This document shows, piece after piece, positions 23,743 through 33,604 of a stretch of DNA of 38,532 bases. Under the pieces are notes generated by a model. The model saw only the letters and a program-made list of their open reading frames with translations, did not search any database and was not told where the DNA came from. Every line of letters starts with the position of its first letter. Position 1 is the stretch's first letter. The DNA is from a virus: IMG/VR virus record IMGVR_UViG_3300018412_000005. One strand, given 5' to 3'. A program made the translations under genes and the position numbers.

Positions 23743-24366
23743 ATGAGTGTAACGCTGACAGAAGAACAGCTTGAGCTTGGCAGTAAGCTGACACCGCTTC
23801 AGCGTAAGACTGTTATCAACCTGGCTACAGGGAAGATGAGCCAGCGTGAGGCGTATTACGCAGCTGGTGGCAAGACAAAGAGCGAGAAATCAGCTGATGC
23901 AATAGTTAGTCGTATGCTAACTGACGCTAAGGTGAAGAAGTTTTATGAGTCACTAATGAATGCGGCCGCCAGTGATGCAGTAATGACAAGACAGGAGGCG
24001 CTCGAAAGGCTCACGCGTGCAGCACGCGTCACGATGACAGATATTGCTGAATTTGCTGAGCAGGTTGTTGGTGAAGATGAAGATGGCAACCCGGTAAAGC
24101 AAACAGTGTGGCGAATCAAGAACAGTGATGAGCTCACGCCTGAAGCGGCAGCGGCAATCAAGTCTGTTACAGCCACCAAGTTTGGGCCAAAGCTTGAATT
24201 GCATGATCCGCATAGCGCCATCAAGCAGATTGCAGACCTGGAAGGATGGAACGCGCCAAGTAAGCATGAAGTAACCGGCAAGGATGGTAAGCCATTGCAG
24301 ATACAGGCTGATGTGAAGTCACCTGACATTGCAGAGGCTATCAACAAGGTACTTGAGCGCCTATGA
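23743..24366 (+). CDS. terS: Terminase small subunit
   Basis: LTPLQRKTVINLATGKMSQREAYYAAG is a typical TerS N-terminal HTH. It lies immediately upstream of TerL with an ATGA overlap. Confidence 0.7.
   Translation: MSVTLTEEQLELGSKLTPLQRKTVINLATGKMSQREAYYAAGGKTKSEKSADAIVSRMLTDAKVKKFYESLMNAAASDAVMTRQEALERLTRAARVTMTDIAEFAEQVVGEDEDGNPVKQTVWRIKNSDELTPEAAAAIKSVTATKFGPKLELHDPHSAIKQIADLEGWNAPSKHEVTGKDGKPLQIQADVKSPDIAEAINKVLERL
24013..24029. repeat. 11-bp-phased hexamer pair L5 (inside terS)
   Basis: ACGCGT at 24013 and 24024. Confidence 0.8.
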
Positions 24367-25985
24367 GTGATCTTGAGCACCTACCGAACGGGCAGCCTAT
24401 CCGCTTATTGAAGTGGGAGGATATGACGGACGCGGAGAAGATAGCCGTTAAGGTGATGAGTGAAGCCTCTTTTGAGGCTTTTATGCGTATCTGGTTTCAG
24501 CTATTGCAGGGCCAATACTTCAGGAAGAACTGGCACCACACTTATGAGTGCCAGCTTGCTGAGCAGGTTTACCAAGGGAAGATTAAGCGCGGCATTGTGA
24601 ATGTGGCGCCAGGCTCAACCAAGACAGAGATATGGTCAATACACTGGCCTGTGTGGTGCATCATCCAGTGTATCAAGGAAGGTCGCTCAACCAGGTGGCT
24701 ACCGCTTAGCTATTCTGATGACCTGGTAACAGAGAATAGCGCCAGGGTGAAAGAGATTATCGACAGTGAGGAATTTCAATCACTGTGGCCTATGAGGCAA
24801 AGCAAGGACACCAAGGGCAAGAGTGACTGGAAGTACCATGACCAGAACGACAATATGCACCGAATGTTTGGTACCAGTATCAACGGCCAGGTAACAGGAC
24901 GCCGGGCAGGCTTCATGCAAGAAGGCTTTACCGGTGCGCTTATCCTTGATGATCCCATGCCACCTAAAGACCAGAACAGTGCAAAGGTGATGGATAAGGG
25001 CAACAAGCAGCTGAACCGAGTCGTGCGCTCACGTTTGGCACATGATGGTGTGCCTATCATTATGGTTCAGCAGCGCATTGGTAAAGGTGATAGCACCGAC
25101 TTCCTATTAAGTGACAAGGCCCCGGATGACTACCTTGTGTATAAGGTCCCGGCGCTCATTGACAGGGAATACCTGGATTCGTTGCCGGCAGATATGCGCG
25201 AGGCGTGTATCAATGACACCAAGTTCACCGGTAAGCGCACCAGCTACTGGCCAGACAAAGAACCAACAGAGGTGTTACTCGCCATGGAGAAAGCAGACGC
25301 GTATATGTTTAGCTCGCAGTACCAGCAAAACCCTGATGAAGCCCTGGCTGAAGGCGTTGTGTACAAGAAAGAGGTTGAACTACTCATTGAAGAAGGTCGC
25401 TACTGTGCCATACCGGTTGAGAAGTCATTGCCGGTTTACACGTTTTGGGATCTTGGTATCAATGACGATATGGTTGTGTGGCTTATGCAGCCGCACAGAA
25501 AAGAGCTACGCATGATTGCCTGCTATGGCAACAACAACGAAGGCATGGAGCACTATATCAACTGGCTGCATGACTTTGCCGACAAGTACGGTATTCGATA
25601 CGCTGAGCACTTAGGGCCTCACGATCTGGCAGTGCGTGATCTGATGACCAAGCGCAGCCGCATTGAGGTAGCCAAGACCATGGGTATCAAGTTCACCCTG
25701 GTTGAACGATGCAAGAGTAAGCGAGACAGTATCAACGCATTGAAGATGCTATTCCCGCGTATCTGGATTGATAACGCCAGGTGTGAAAAGGGATGGGATG
25801 GCCTCAAGGCATTGCGCCGTGAGTGGGATCACGACAATGAAACCTTCAAGGACCAGACCGGGCCTAAGTGGGCAACTAACTACACTGATGCAATCCAGCA
25901 GATGGGCTTGCATTGGAAAGACAAAGAACCGAAGAAGCCAGCCAAGCCAATGCCTATGGGTACCGGTGGCTGGATGGGCGCGTAA
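24363..25985 (+). CDS. terL: Terminase large subunit
   Basis: It is 540 aa with ATPase-like APGSTKT and LILDDP motifs and a C-terminal nuclease-sized region. It lies between TerS and the portal. Confidence 0.85.
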   Translation: MSDLEHLPNGQPIRLLKWEDMTDAEKIAVKVMSEASFEAFMRIWFQLLQGQYFRKNWHHTYECQLAEQVYQGKIKRGIVNVAPGSTKTEIWSIHWPVWCIIQCIKEGRSTRWLPLSYSDDLVTENSARVKEIIDSEEFQSLWPMRQSKDTKGKSDWKYHDQNDNMHRMFGTSINGQVTGRRAGFMQEGFTGALILDDPMPPKDQNSAKVMDKGNKQLNRVVRSRLAHDGVPIIMVQQRIGKGDSTDFLLSDKAPDDYLVYKVPALIDREYLDSLPADMREACINDTKFTGKRTSYWPDKEPTEVLLAMEKADAYMFSSQYQQNPDEALAEGVVYKKEVELLIEEGRYCAIPVEKSLPVYTFWDLGINDDMVVWLMQPHRKELRMIACYGNNNEGMEHYINWLHDFADKYGIRYAEHLGPHDLAVRDLMTKRSRIEVAKTMGIKFTLVERCKSKRDSINALKMLFPRIWIDNARCEKGWDGLKALRREWDHDNETFKDQTGPKWATNYTDAIQQMGLHWKDKEPKKPAKPMPMGTGGWMGA

Positions 25986-25997
25986 CAGGAGATAACC

Positions 25998-28064
25998 ATG
26001 CTACCAGGTAATGAACCAATTAAGACCAGGGATGATGACAGCCAAGAGGCAATACTTCAGGAAATACGAGAGCGAGCAGCGCACGCTGTTACTTGTTGGA
26101 AGCATAACTTTGATGCAGCCCAGGAAGATATTTCATTCCTGGCCGGTCAACAATGGCCTGAGTCTGTGCGCAAGGAACGTGAGGACGAGGGCCGCCCATG
26201 CTTGACGCTGAACAAGTTGCCTCAATACGTTGACCAGGTATTGGGTGATCAGCGCCAGAATCGCCCTGCAATCCAGGTGCATCCAGTCGAAGCCAATGCC
26301 ACCAAGGATACCAGCAAGGTGCCAAACGTGGCCGGCACTTCTGATTACAGCCTGGCAGAAGTGTATGAGAGCCTGATCCGCAACATCGAGTACACCAGCA
26401 ACGCAGAAGCGCACTATGACAACGCATTCCAGCACGCCGTTGAAGGTGGCTTTGGTTGGTTGCGCGTTCTCACCAAGTACAGCGCTGATGATGCCTTTGA
26501 CCTTGACCTGTGCATCAAGAGTATTCACAACCGCTTTGCTGTGTTGATGGACCCGGACGCAACAGAGCCAGACTACAGTGATGCAAACTGGTGTTTTATC
26601 AGCGAGCGCATGAGCAAGGCAGAGTTTAAAAAGCGGTACCCAGGAAAAGCCGTTGGTGATCTGAGTGATGCTGAGCGTGGTGAGTACAGCTGGTGGACCA
26701 ATGAAGAAGGTGTGCGTGTATCTGAATACTTCTACCGTGAACCGGTAACTCGCAAGCTGTTATTGCTCAGTGATGGCCGTACCGTGTGGGAAGATGAAGT
26801 AAAGGATGTGCTTGACGAGTTGCGCGAGCTTGGCACGACAGTCACGCGTGAAAGACGCGTCAAAACCTACAAAGTTAAATGGATGAAGGTTACTGCATAC
26901 GATGTGCTAGAAGGCCCGGTTGATTGGCCTGGCTCAACCATTCCTGTGGCACCTGTGCTTGGTAAGGAAATGGTTATCGGTGACAAGACCTATTACCGTG
27001 GTCTGATTCGCTTTGGTAAGGATGCCCAGCGTATGCACAACTACTGGATGACAGCAGCAACAGAGCGTGTTGCATTGGCACCAAAGGCCCCATGGGTAGC
27101 GCCAGCAGAATCCATTGAAGGCTATGAGGAAGAATGGAACCAGGCAAACCGCAAGAACATGAGCGTTCTACGCTATAACGCTTTACCAGGTGTTGACCGT
27201 CCTCAGCGTGATATGCCGGCCAGTATGCCAGCGGCAGAGCTTCAGCTTGCATTGAGCGCTACCGATGAAATGAAAGCAACTATTGGCTTGTATGATGCCA
27301 GCGTTGGCGCACAAGGGAATGAGCAAAGCGGCAAGGCTATTCTTGCGCGCCAGCGCCAGGGTGATCGCGGTACCTTTGCCTATATCGACAACCTGAGCCG
27401 GGCTATTCGCCGTGTTGGGCAGATCCTGATTGAGCTTATCCCGCGAGTGTATGACAGCGAACGAGTGTTGCGCTTGCGCTTCCAGGATGGTGAAGGTGAT
27501 TGGGTTCAGATAAATCAGATGGTCATGGATGAGGAAACACAGAAGCCGGTCCTGGTTAACGATATTGCAGCAGGTAAGTTTGATGTGACTGTGAAGGCTG
27601 GCCCAAGCTATCAAACACAGCGCATGGAAGCAGCAGACAGTTTAATGCAGTTTGTTCAGGCTGTGCCGGCAGCTGGTGGCGTGGTCCTTGATCTTATCGC
27701 CAAGAATATGGATTGGCCTGGCGCGCAGGATATTGCACGCCGACTACAGAAAACATTGCCGCCTGGCATTCTTGATCAGGATGAAATGGAGGAAGCAGGT
27801 ATTGAACCGCCTCAACCGTCACCAGAGCAGCAAGCCAATATGGCACAGGCTCAAGCCGATATGGAGAAAGCCAAGGCAGACACAGCGAAAGCCCAGGCCG
27901 ATATGGCAATGGCACAAGCTAAGACAGCTGAAGCACAAGCGAAGTTGGCAGAAATAGAGCAGGCGGCCATGATGGCAGGTCCTGGAACATTGGAAGATAC
28001 AGTGCGTAACCTGGTTGCTGAGGCTATGGCCGAGTTAATGGCTCAGAGCCAAGGGAATGCTTAA
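25998..28064 (+). CDS. Portal protein (P22-like)
   Basis: It is 688 aa and follows TerL. It has LTLNKLPQYVDQVLGDQRQNRPAIQV and a C-terminal Ala/Gln/Lys-rich helical extension resembling the P22 portal barrel. Confidence 0.85.
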   Translation: MLPGNEPIKTRDDDSQEAILQEIRERAAHAVTCWKHNFDAAQEDISFLAGQQWPESVRKEREDEGRPCLTLNKLPQYVDQVLGDQRQNRPAIQVHPVEANATKDTSKVPNVAGTSDYSLAEVYESLIRNIEYTSNAEAHYDNAFQHAVEGGFGWLRVLTKYSADDAFDLDLCIKSIHNRFAVLMDPDATEPDYSDANWCFISERMSKAEFKKRYPGKAVGDLSDAERGEYSWWTNEEGVRVSEYFYREPVTRKLLLLSDGRTVWEDEVKDVLDELRELGTTVTRERRVKTYKVKWMKVTAYDVLEGPVDWPGSTIPVAPVLGKEMVIGDKTYYRGLIRFGKDAQRMHNYWMTAATERVALAPKAPWVAPAESIEGYEEEWNQANRKNMSVLRYNALPGVDRPQRDMPASMPAAELQLALSATDEMKATIGLYDASVGAQGNEQSGKAILARQRQGDRGTFAYIDNLSRAIRRVGQILIELIPRVYDSERVLRLRFQDGEGDWVQINQMVMDEETQKPVLVNDIAAGKFDVTVKAGPSYQTQRMEAADSLMQFVQAVPAAGGVVLDLIAKNMDWPGAQDIARRLQKTLPPGILDQDEMEEAGIEPPQPSPEQQANMAQAQADMEKAKADTAKAQADMAMAQAKTAEAQAKLAEIEQAAMMAGPGTLEDTVRNLVAEAMAELMAQSQGNA
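26822..26860. repeat. 11-bp-phased hexamer array L6 (4 units)
   Basis: GCGCGA at 26822, GCACGA at 26833, ACGCGT at 26844 and ACGCGT at 26855. Confidence 0.75.
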
Positions 28065-28069
28065 CGTGA

Positions 28070-28097
28070 TTGCTCATTAGTATTTTCACGTTATAAT
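28070..28097 (+). promoter_or_regulatory. Candidate promoter upstream of scaffold/coat genes
   Basis: TTGCTC, a 16-nt spacer, then perfect TATAAT (28092-28097). A CCCATG-GCTT-CATGGG hairpin (28117-28132) lies in the predicted leader. Confidence 0.45.
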
Positions 28098-28163
28098 GTC
28101 AAGTAGTTATAAGCTACCCATGGCTTCATGGGGTTAAACAATCCGCGACAGGAGAGAGCGCGC

Positions 28164-29150
28164 ATGGCAGACGAAAACAAAGCCACTGATACCGACAACT
28201 TTGAGGTTGTTACTACCGAGGCCGCAGAGACTGAGCAAGCACAAGAGCCAGCAAAGGCAGATGAGCAAGCCCAGGATCAAAACACTGAGGGTGATGAATC
28301 GGCCACCGCCCAAAATGAGGACGAAGGCAAGCAGGAAGGCCAGGATGATGACAAGGATAGTGGCAAGGATGATGCCGATGAACAAAACGCCGATGACGAT
28401 GCCGGCGAGGAAGCGAACCACCGCCGAGGCCGTGGCCGTTTTCAGAAGCGCATTGACCGCTTGACCAAGCGTGCAGCTGAAGCAGAGCGCCGAGCCCAGG
28501 AGGCAGAGCGTAAACTGCAAGAAGCTGAAGGCAAGAAGGGTAGTAAGGCTAAGCCTGAAACCCAGGACGATGAAGGTGAACCTGATCCGTCAGACTTTGA
28601 TAGCTATGACGAGTACCTTGATGCCCTGGCCGATTGGAAAGCTGATCAGAAGATTGGCGCCAAAGGCAAGAAGGACGACAAGGCCGCAGCCGATGATGAC
28701 AACGGCAGTAACAAAGACGACCAGGACACTGAGTTCACTGAAGCCCTTGAAGATGTACAGGACGCGTTCAGCGAAACGCGCAAAAGCCACAAGGACTTTG
28801 ATGAAGTAATCGGACAGCAGGACCTACAAATCACCCGCGATATGGTTATCGCTATGGCTGATTCTGAAGATCCTGGTGCAATCGCCTACCACCTTGGTAA
28901 GAACAAGCAAGAGGCCGCACGCATTGCGAAGCTATCACCCATTGCTCAGGCAAAGGAGATTGGCAAAATCGAAGCAAAGCTTGCAGCTAAACCGCAACAG
29001 CCCGGTAAAAAGACAACTAGCGCCCCGGACCCGATTGATCCAGTTAAGGGAAGCGACTCAACCAGTAAGGCTCCACAAGATATGGACTTTGCTGAATACG
29101 AGCGCACTCAGAACGAAAAGGAACAACGTGGTGGCCGAGGCTTTTGGTAA
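28164..29150 (+). CDS. Scaffolding protein
   Basis: It lies between the portal and coat genes. The N-terminal half is extremely acidic with low complexity, and the C-terminal half is helical. I prefer the ATG at 28164 after an AGGAGAG RBS; 28128 is an alternative. Confidence 0.6.
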   Translation: MADENKATDTDNFEVVTTEAAETEQAQEPAKADEQAQDQNTEGDESATAQNEDEGKQEGQDDDKDSGKDDADEQNADDDAGEEANHRRGRGRFQKRIDRLTKRAAEAERRAQEAERKLQEAEGKKGSKAKPETQDDEGEPDPSDFDSYDEYLDALADWKADQKIGAKGKKDDKAAADDDNGSNKDDQDTEFTEALEDVQDAFSETRKSHKDFDEVIGQQDLQITRDMVIAMADSEDPGAIAYHLGKNKQEAARIAKLSPIAQAKEIGKIEAKLAAKPQQPGKKTTSAPDPIDPVKGSDSTSKAPQDMDFAEYERTQNEKEQRGGRGFW

Positions 29151-29173
29151 CAGAAACTTTGGAGTATTAAGCC

Positions 29174-30433
29174 ATGAGCGTACAAGGTGAAAAAGGCAAT
29201 CGCATCTTAACGGATGACATTATCATCAAAGAGGCATTGCGCCTTCTTAAAAACAACTTGGTAACAGCACCGCTTGTTTACCGTGACCTGGAAAAGCGTT
29301 TCGCTAAGGTTGGCGACACTATCAGCCTGAAAAAGCCTTTCCGTACTAAAACCGCGTCTGGCCGCGTGTTGCAGAAGCAACCAATGGTCGATCAGACAAT
29401 CCCATTCCAGATTAACCGCCAAGAGCACTTTGGTCTGGAAGTAACCATGCGTGACCGCACGCTGAGCATTGAGCAGTTCTCAGAGCGTTACCTGAAGTCT
29501 GGTATTATCCAGCTGGCCAACGTGATTGACCGCTCTATCCTGCTTGAAATGAAGAAAGCGTTTTTCAGTTCAGGCACGCCAGGTACTGCGATCGGCACCA
29601 AGTCATTCCACCTGGCGAAAGCCTACATGGGTAACGTGGCTGTGCCTGATGACGGTATGCGCCGTTGTATCTTGAACATGCTGGATGGCGCTGAAATCAG
29701 TGACGCGATCAGCAACAAGTACAATGAAGCAATGGTGAAAGGTGCATTGCAGAAGGGTTACATGGGCCCACTGGCAGGCTTTGACTTGTTTGAGTCTGCG
29801 AACATTCCTGTTCATACCGTTGGTGCGCATGGTGGTACTCCATTGACTAATGGTGCAGACCAGACCGGCTCAAGCATTGTGACCGATGGTTGGGATACTG
29901 GCGTAACTGGATTGCTTAAAGAGGGTGATGTTATTACCTTTGCTGGCGTCTATGAGATCAACCCGCAAAGCTACCAGTCAACTGGCCGCCTACAGCACTT
30001 TGTTGTAACAGCTGATGTGAACAGTGACGGTACTGGCAATGCGACTATCCCGGTAAGTCCTGCTATCAACGATGGCACACTGACCACTGTGGATGCTGAA
30101 GGTAACACTGTTAGCCTTTCTGCATTCCAGAACGTGTCAGCAGCGCCAGCAGATGGTGCGGCTATCACTGTGTTGGGTACCGCAGATACAAGCTACCGTC
30201 AGAACTTCCTGTTCCACCGTGATGCTTGTGCCCTGGCAATGGTTGACCTTGAGTTGCCTCAGTCAGCTACCGTTAAATCACGCGTGCGCGATCCTGATTC
30301 TGGTTTGTCACTGTGTATGACTGGTGCATACGACATTAACCAGCAAACTGAGATCACCCGTATTGATGCGGTATGGGGTACTCACCTTATCTATCCTGAA
30401 CTTGCTCACCGCATGTGGTCAGCAGCAGGCTAA
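29174..30433 (+). CDS. Major capsid protein (P22 coat-protein-like family)
   Basis: It is 419 aa and follows the scaffold gene. It has VGDTISLKKPFR near the N-terminus and is followed by a strong terminator. Confidence 0.8.
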   Translation: MSVQGEKGNRILTDDIIIKEALRLLKNNLVTAPLVYRDLEKRFAKVGDTISLKKPFRTKTASGRVLQKQPMVDQTIPFQINRQEHFGLEVTMRDRTLSIEQFSERYLKSGIIQLANVIDRSILLEMKKAFFSSGTPGTAIGTKSFHLAKAYMGNVAVPDDGMRRCILNMLDGAEISDAISNKYNEAMVKGALQKGYMGPLAGFDLFESANIPVHTVGAHGGTPLTNGADQTGSSIVTDGWDTGVTGLLKEGDVITFAGVYEINPQSYQSTGRLQHFVVTADVNSDGTGNATIPVSPAINDGTLTTVDAEGNTVSLSAFQNVSAAPADGAAITVLGTADTSYRQNFLFHRDACALAMVDLELPQSATVKSRVRDPDSGLSLCMTGAYDINQQTEITRIDAVWGTHLIYPELAHRMWSAAG

Positions 30434-30444
30434 GATAGTTCACC

Positions 30445-30467
30445 GGGCGGCCTAGTGCCGCCCTTTT
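30445..30467 (+). terminator. Intrinsic terminator after the coat gene
   Basis: Hairpin GGGCGGC-CTAGT-GCCGCCC is followed by TTTT. Confidence 0.8.
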
Positions 30468-30487
30468 ACCATTGACGGAGAAACACA

Positions 30488-30841
30488 ATGCCAGAGAACA
30501 AACCAAAGCGTATGTGGCTTTATCATCCTGAGAAGGGTGCAAAACTGTTCACCTTTGAAGATGAAGCCGACATTGACGATCTTGAACAACAAGGTTGGCG
30601 CGACTCGCCGGCAGAGTTCAAGCAGGCTGAAGAATCAAGTGATGAAGGTGGTGCAGAGCTCACAGCTGAACAGCAGGGCCTGTTAAGTGCATTCCAGGAA
30701 AATCCTGAGAGCCTTACCAAAGACGAACACGTTGAACTTGGTAAAGGTCTTGGCCTGAAGTTAATGAAAGCCTGGAAGGAAGAAACCTTGATTGCCAAGA
30801 TCCAGGAGAAGCTGAATGGCAACGACCAAGCAACTGATTGA
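30488..30841 (+). CDS. Hypothetical acidic virion-module protein (117 aa)
   Basis: This ORF lies between the coat and adaptor genes. I recognise no motif. Confidence 0.55.
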   Translation: MPENKPKRMWLYHPEKGAKLFTFEDEADIDDLEQQGWRDSPAEFKQAEESSDEGGAELTAEQQGLLSAFQENPESLTKDEHVELGKGLGLKLMKAWKEETLIAKIQEKLNGNDQATD

Positions 30842-31520
30842 TGGTGCCTTGCGCACTATCGGCGTGCTTGCCAGTGGTGAACAGGCGAAGCCTTCAGAAG
30901 CACAAGATGCACTCCAATATGCCAAGCAGATGCTGGATAGTTGGAGTAATGAGGGCTTGCTTGTTCCTGCATTAACGCATGAGTCATTCACACTCAGCAG
31001 CAAGCGAACCTATACCATTGGTCCTGGTGGTGACTTTGACACAGTGCGCCCCACTACCATTGAGAACGTGCGTATTCGTGATGCCGGCAATCTTGAAACG
31101 CCGGTCAGTATTGCCAGTCTTAACCTTTGGGCAAATATTAGCCTGAAGGATACTGTGGTAAATACGCCCGATTACGTTTACTACGAACCAGAATACCCAC
31201 TTGGCCGCCTTGAGTTCAGCTGCATTCCTACAGCTGGTGATACGCTGAAGCTGGTCACAACCAAGCCTATTACCGAGTTACCGGCGCTTACCGAGTCTGT
31301 GCAGTTCCCGCCAGGTTATGACAAAGCTATTCGCCTTGGCCTTGCTATTGAGCTTGCGCCAGAGTATGGCGTTGAAATTTCCGCAGCGGTTGCGGCTGGT
31401 TATCGCCAGGCGATCATGGTACTGAAGCGCACCAATAGCAAAACGCGCATGGGTACCGTAGAGGTAGACTCAGGCTTGATACGAAAGAGCGGGTATGACA
31501 TTAACCATGGACCACTATGA
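30816..31520 (+). CDS. Head-to-tail adaptor, P22 gp4-like
   Basis: QLIDGALRTIGVLASGE...AQDALQYAKQMLDSWSNEG parallels P22 gp4 DLVRAALRKLGVASD...MQDAVDDLEAMMAEWYQDG. AIRLGLAIELAPEYG parallels NLACRIAPDYA. Confidence 0.65.
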   Translation: MATTKQLIDGALRTIGVLASGEQAKPSEAQDALQYAKQMLDSWSNEGLLVPALTHESFTLSSKRTYTIGPGGDFDTVRPTTIENVRIRDAGNLETPVSIASLNLWANISLKDTVVNTPDYVYYEPEYPLGRLEFSCIPTAGDTLKLVTTKPITELPALTESVQFPPGYDKAIRLGLAIELAPEYGVEISAAVAAGYRQAIMVLKRTNSKTRMGTVEVDSGLIRKSGYDINHGPL

Positions 31521-32893
31521 AGCAACCTGTACTTTTTGCGGTAGGCACCAATGAGGGCCGAAGCAAGGCGACAAATACAGAGCGCCTTATAAATCTGTTT
31601 GCTGAGCAGCAGCCACCTTCAGCAAAAGCCCAGGCAGTGCTTTATGGTACGCCAGGGCTTTCGCGTTTCTGTGAAATAGACCAGGGGCCTGTGTTTGGCC
31701 TTCATGTGATGAATGAGCAGTTATTCATTGTCACTAAGAAGTCGCTTTATCGGATGACAGGGACTTATCAGCTTGAACGCCTTGGTGACTGTGCGCCTAC
31801 TGGTAGAGTAAGCATTGCCGATAATGGATTTGATCTTGTTTTTGTGGATGGATACCAAGGCTGGAAGTGGACTGATGGCGGCAGTGTAGAAAAGATTGTT
31901 GGTGATGGTTGGTACCCGGCAAACACTGTTACCTTCCAGGATGGGTATTTCATATTCAACAGGGCGGGGACAGGCCAGTTTTTCACAAGCAAGCTTTTAT
32001 CAACAGAGTTTGATCCGTTGGCGTTTGCTACAGCTGAAGGCGCGCCAGACGACACGGTTGCAGTTATCAGTAATTACCGTGAGTTATGGGTGTTTGGTAA
32101 GAAGTCAGTTGAAATTTGGTACAACAGCGGGAATGTTGATTTTGCCTTTGACCGTATGCAGGGTGCATTTATAGAACGCGGCACTTTGGCGCCGCAATCA
32201 ATCATCAAAGTTAATGGCCAGATGGTTTGGCTTGGTGATGACGGTATTGTTTATGCCGCCGTTGGGTACCAGCCTCAACGGATCAGCACGCACGCGGTTG
32301 AATACTCGATAGACCAAGCGGTAAGAAAAGATGATGCGTTTGCTTGGTGGTACAGCGAGGAAGGTCATGTGTTCTATATGATCACCTTCCCAACAGCAAA
32401 GCTTACCTGGTCTTTTGATTTTGCTACTGGCATGTGGCATGAGCGCCAGCATATTACGCATGGCCGCCATGTAGCTAATTGCTGCATTAACTGGAAGGAA
32501 AGAAACCTTGTCGGTGACTTTAGCGCGCCATTTGTTTATGAGCTTGCCATGGATGCCAAAACAGATCATGGCCTGGCAATTCGCCGCGTTGCGCAATCGG
32601 CAATTACTCACGCCGGCAGAGAGCGCATAACCGCATACAGTTTCGAGCTGGATATGGAAAGCGGATTAGGACTGCCAACTGGTCAGGGTGATGATCCTCA
32701 AGCAATGCTTCAGTGGTCTGATGATGGCGGTAATACATGGAGTAATGAGCATTGGGCGCCAATAGGGAAGATTGGGCAATACCTTACACGCGTTAAATGG
32801 AATCGACTTGGACGGTTTAGACAAAGAACGTGGCGTGTGGTTATTACTGATCCTGTGCCGGTTGCGATAATTGCAGCCTGGATGGAGGTTTAA
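31517..32893 (+). CDS. Tail hub / DNA stabilisation protein, P22 gp10-like
   Basis: It is 458 aa (gp10 is 472). TGRVSIADNG parallels gp10 SGRVSMAHG. The C-terminal RVKWNRLGRFRQRTWRVVITDPVPV parallels RVLWKRVGRIRRLIGFKLRVITKSPV. Confidence 0.7.
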   Translation: MKQPVLFAVGTNEGRSKATNTERLINLFAEQQPPSAKAQAVLYGTPGLSRFCEIDQGPVFGLHVMNEQLFIVTKKSLYRMTGTYQLERLGDCAPTGRVSIADNGFDLVFVDGYQGWKWTDGGSVEKIVGDGWYPANTVTFQDGYFIFNRAGTGQFFTSKLLSTEFDPLAFATAEGAPDDTVAVISNYRELWVFGKKSVEIWYNSGNVDFAFDRMQGAFIERGTLAPQSIIKVNGQMVWLGDDGIVYAAVGYQPQRISTHAVEYSIDQAVRKDDAFAWWYSEEGHVFYMITFPTAKLTWSFDFATGMWHERQHITHGRHVANCCINWKERNLVGDFSAPFVYELAMDAKTDHGLAIRRVAQSAITHAGRERITAYSFELDMESGLGLPTGQGDDPQAMLQWSDDGGNTWSNEHWAPIGKIGQYLTRVKWNRLGRFRQRTWRVVITDPVPVAIIAAWMEV

Positions 32894-33594
32894 TGTCAGG
32901 TGTTCAAATAGGTCAGCCGCCGCTAAATGTTCCCGTAGTTGATGCCAATGGGTACCCAACTCGTGTGCTTGTCGAGTTTCTTCACTTGATGTGGCAAAGA
33001 ACAGGTGCGGCTGATGATAATGACGACTTCATATTGAAGTTGCTAACTGGTGGCCGGTATCCGAACCCAAAGCCGCCAGAACAGGAAGTTGGTGAGCGAT
33101 ATATCCACCAGCCACCAACGCCTTCTGGCATTGCTCAGGCAGGTGAGGCCGCGAGCATTGCTCAGATGATGGCGATAATGAATAAGCGTACAAGCGTTGA
33201 CCCTGATCAGGTGAAGCGTGCTGATGGCGCAAAGGTCCCAGCAGGCGGGATCATAATGTGGTCTGGCGCTGTGGCAGATATACCAAGTGGATGGGCTCTT
33301 TGTAATGGCAGCAACGGTACACCAGACTTAACTGATGTGTTTATTGTTGGCGCTGGTGGTTCATACTCACCAGGAGATACAGGCGGCAGTAGTCAATTCA
33401 CAGGGAACACAGGAAGCCAGGGTACAGGTGCCAGCGTCACTACAGCAACAAGTGAGGTGGAGCCAGTTGGCACACCAGGAACAGGAGTTGATGCGCTAAC
33501 AAGCGCAACGCTAAGCGATCCAGGGCACCAGCATTCAGAGACAATTGATACATTGCCGCCATATTATGCGCTGGCATTTATAATGAAACTTTAA
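32893..33594 (+). CDS. Tail-collar-domain protein (fibre or tail tip)
   Basis: GGIIMWSGAVADIPSGWALCNGSNGTPDLTDVFIVGAG...HQH...LPPYYALAFIMK matches the phage tail collar motif. Confidence 0.7.
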   Translation: MSGVQIGQPPLNVPVVDANGYPTRVLVEFLHLMWQRTGAADDNDDFILKLLTGGRYPNPKPPEQEVGERYIHQPPTPSGIAQAGEAASIAQMMAIMNKRTSVDPDQVKRADGAKVPAGGIIMWSGAVADIPSGWALCNGSNGTPDLTDVFIVGAGGSYSPGDTGGSSQFTGNTGSQGTGASVTTATSEVEPVGTPGTGVDALTSATLSDPGHQHSETIDTLPPYYALAFIMKL

Positions 33595-33604
33595 GGAGAA
33601 CGCC

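Noticed and set aside
29352-29367. Other close CGCG-core pairs: CCGCGT twice at spacing 10 (29352/29362), ACGCGT twice at spacing 8 (35688/35696), and GCGCGT...CCGCGT at spacing 22 (6976/6998).
   Set aside because: The spacing is not 11 for the first two pairs, and the intermediate unit is missing in the third. Including them would inflate the pattern, so I left them out of the array list.
4739-30286. The palindromic 8-mer CACGCGTG occurs 7 times (4739, 9415, 14954, 22035, 24012, 26843, 30279). About 0.6 copies are expected from length alone. Could it be a Chi-like or restriction-related signal?
   Set aside because: I count 25 ACGCGT sites. A 5' C occurs in 12 of them and a 3' G in 10, so about 5 CACGCGTG are expected from the flanks alone. 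The robust signal is the 11-bp phasing of the hexamers, not the 8-mer itself.
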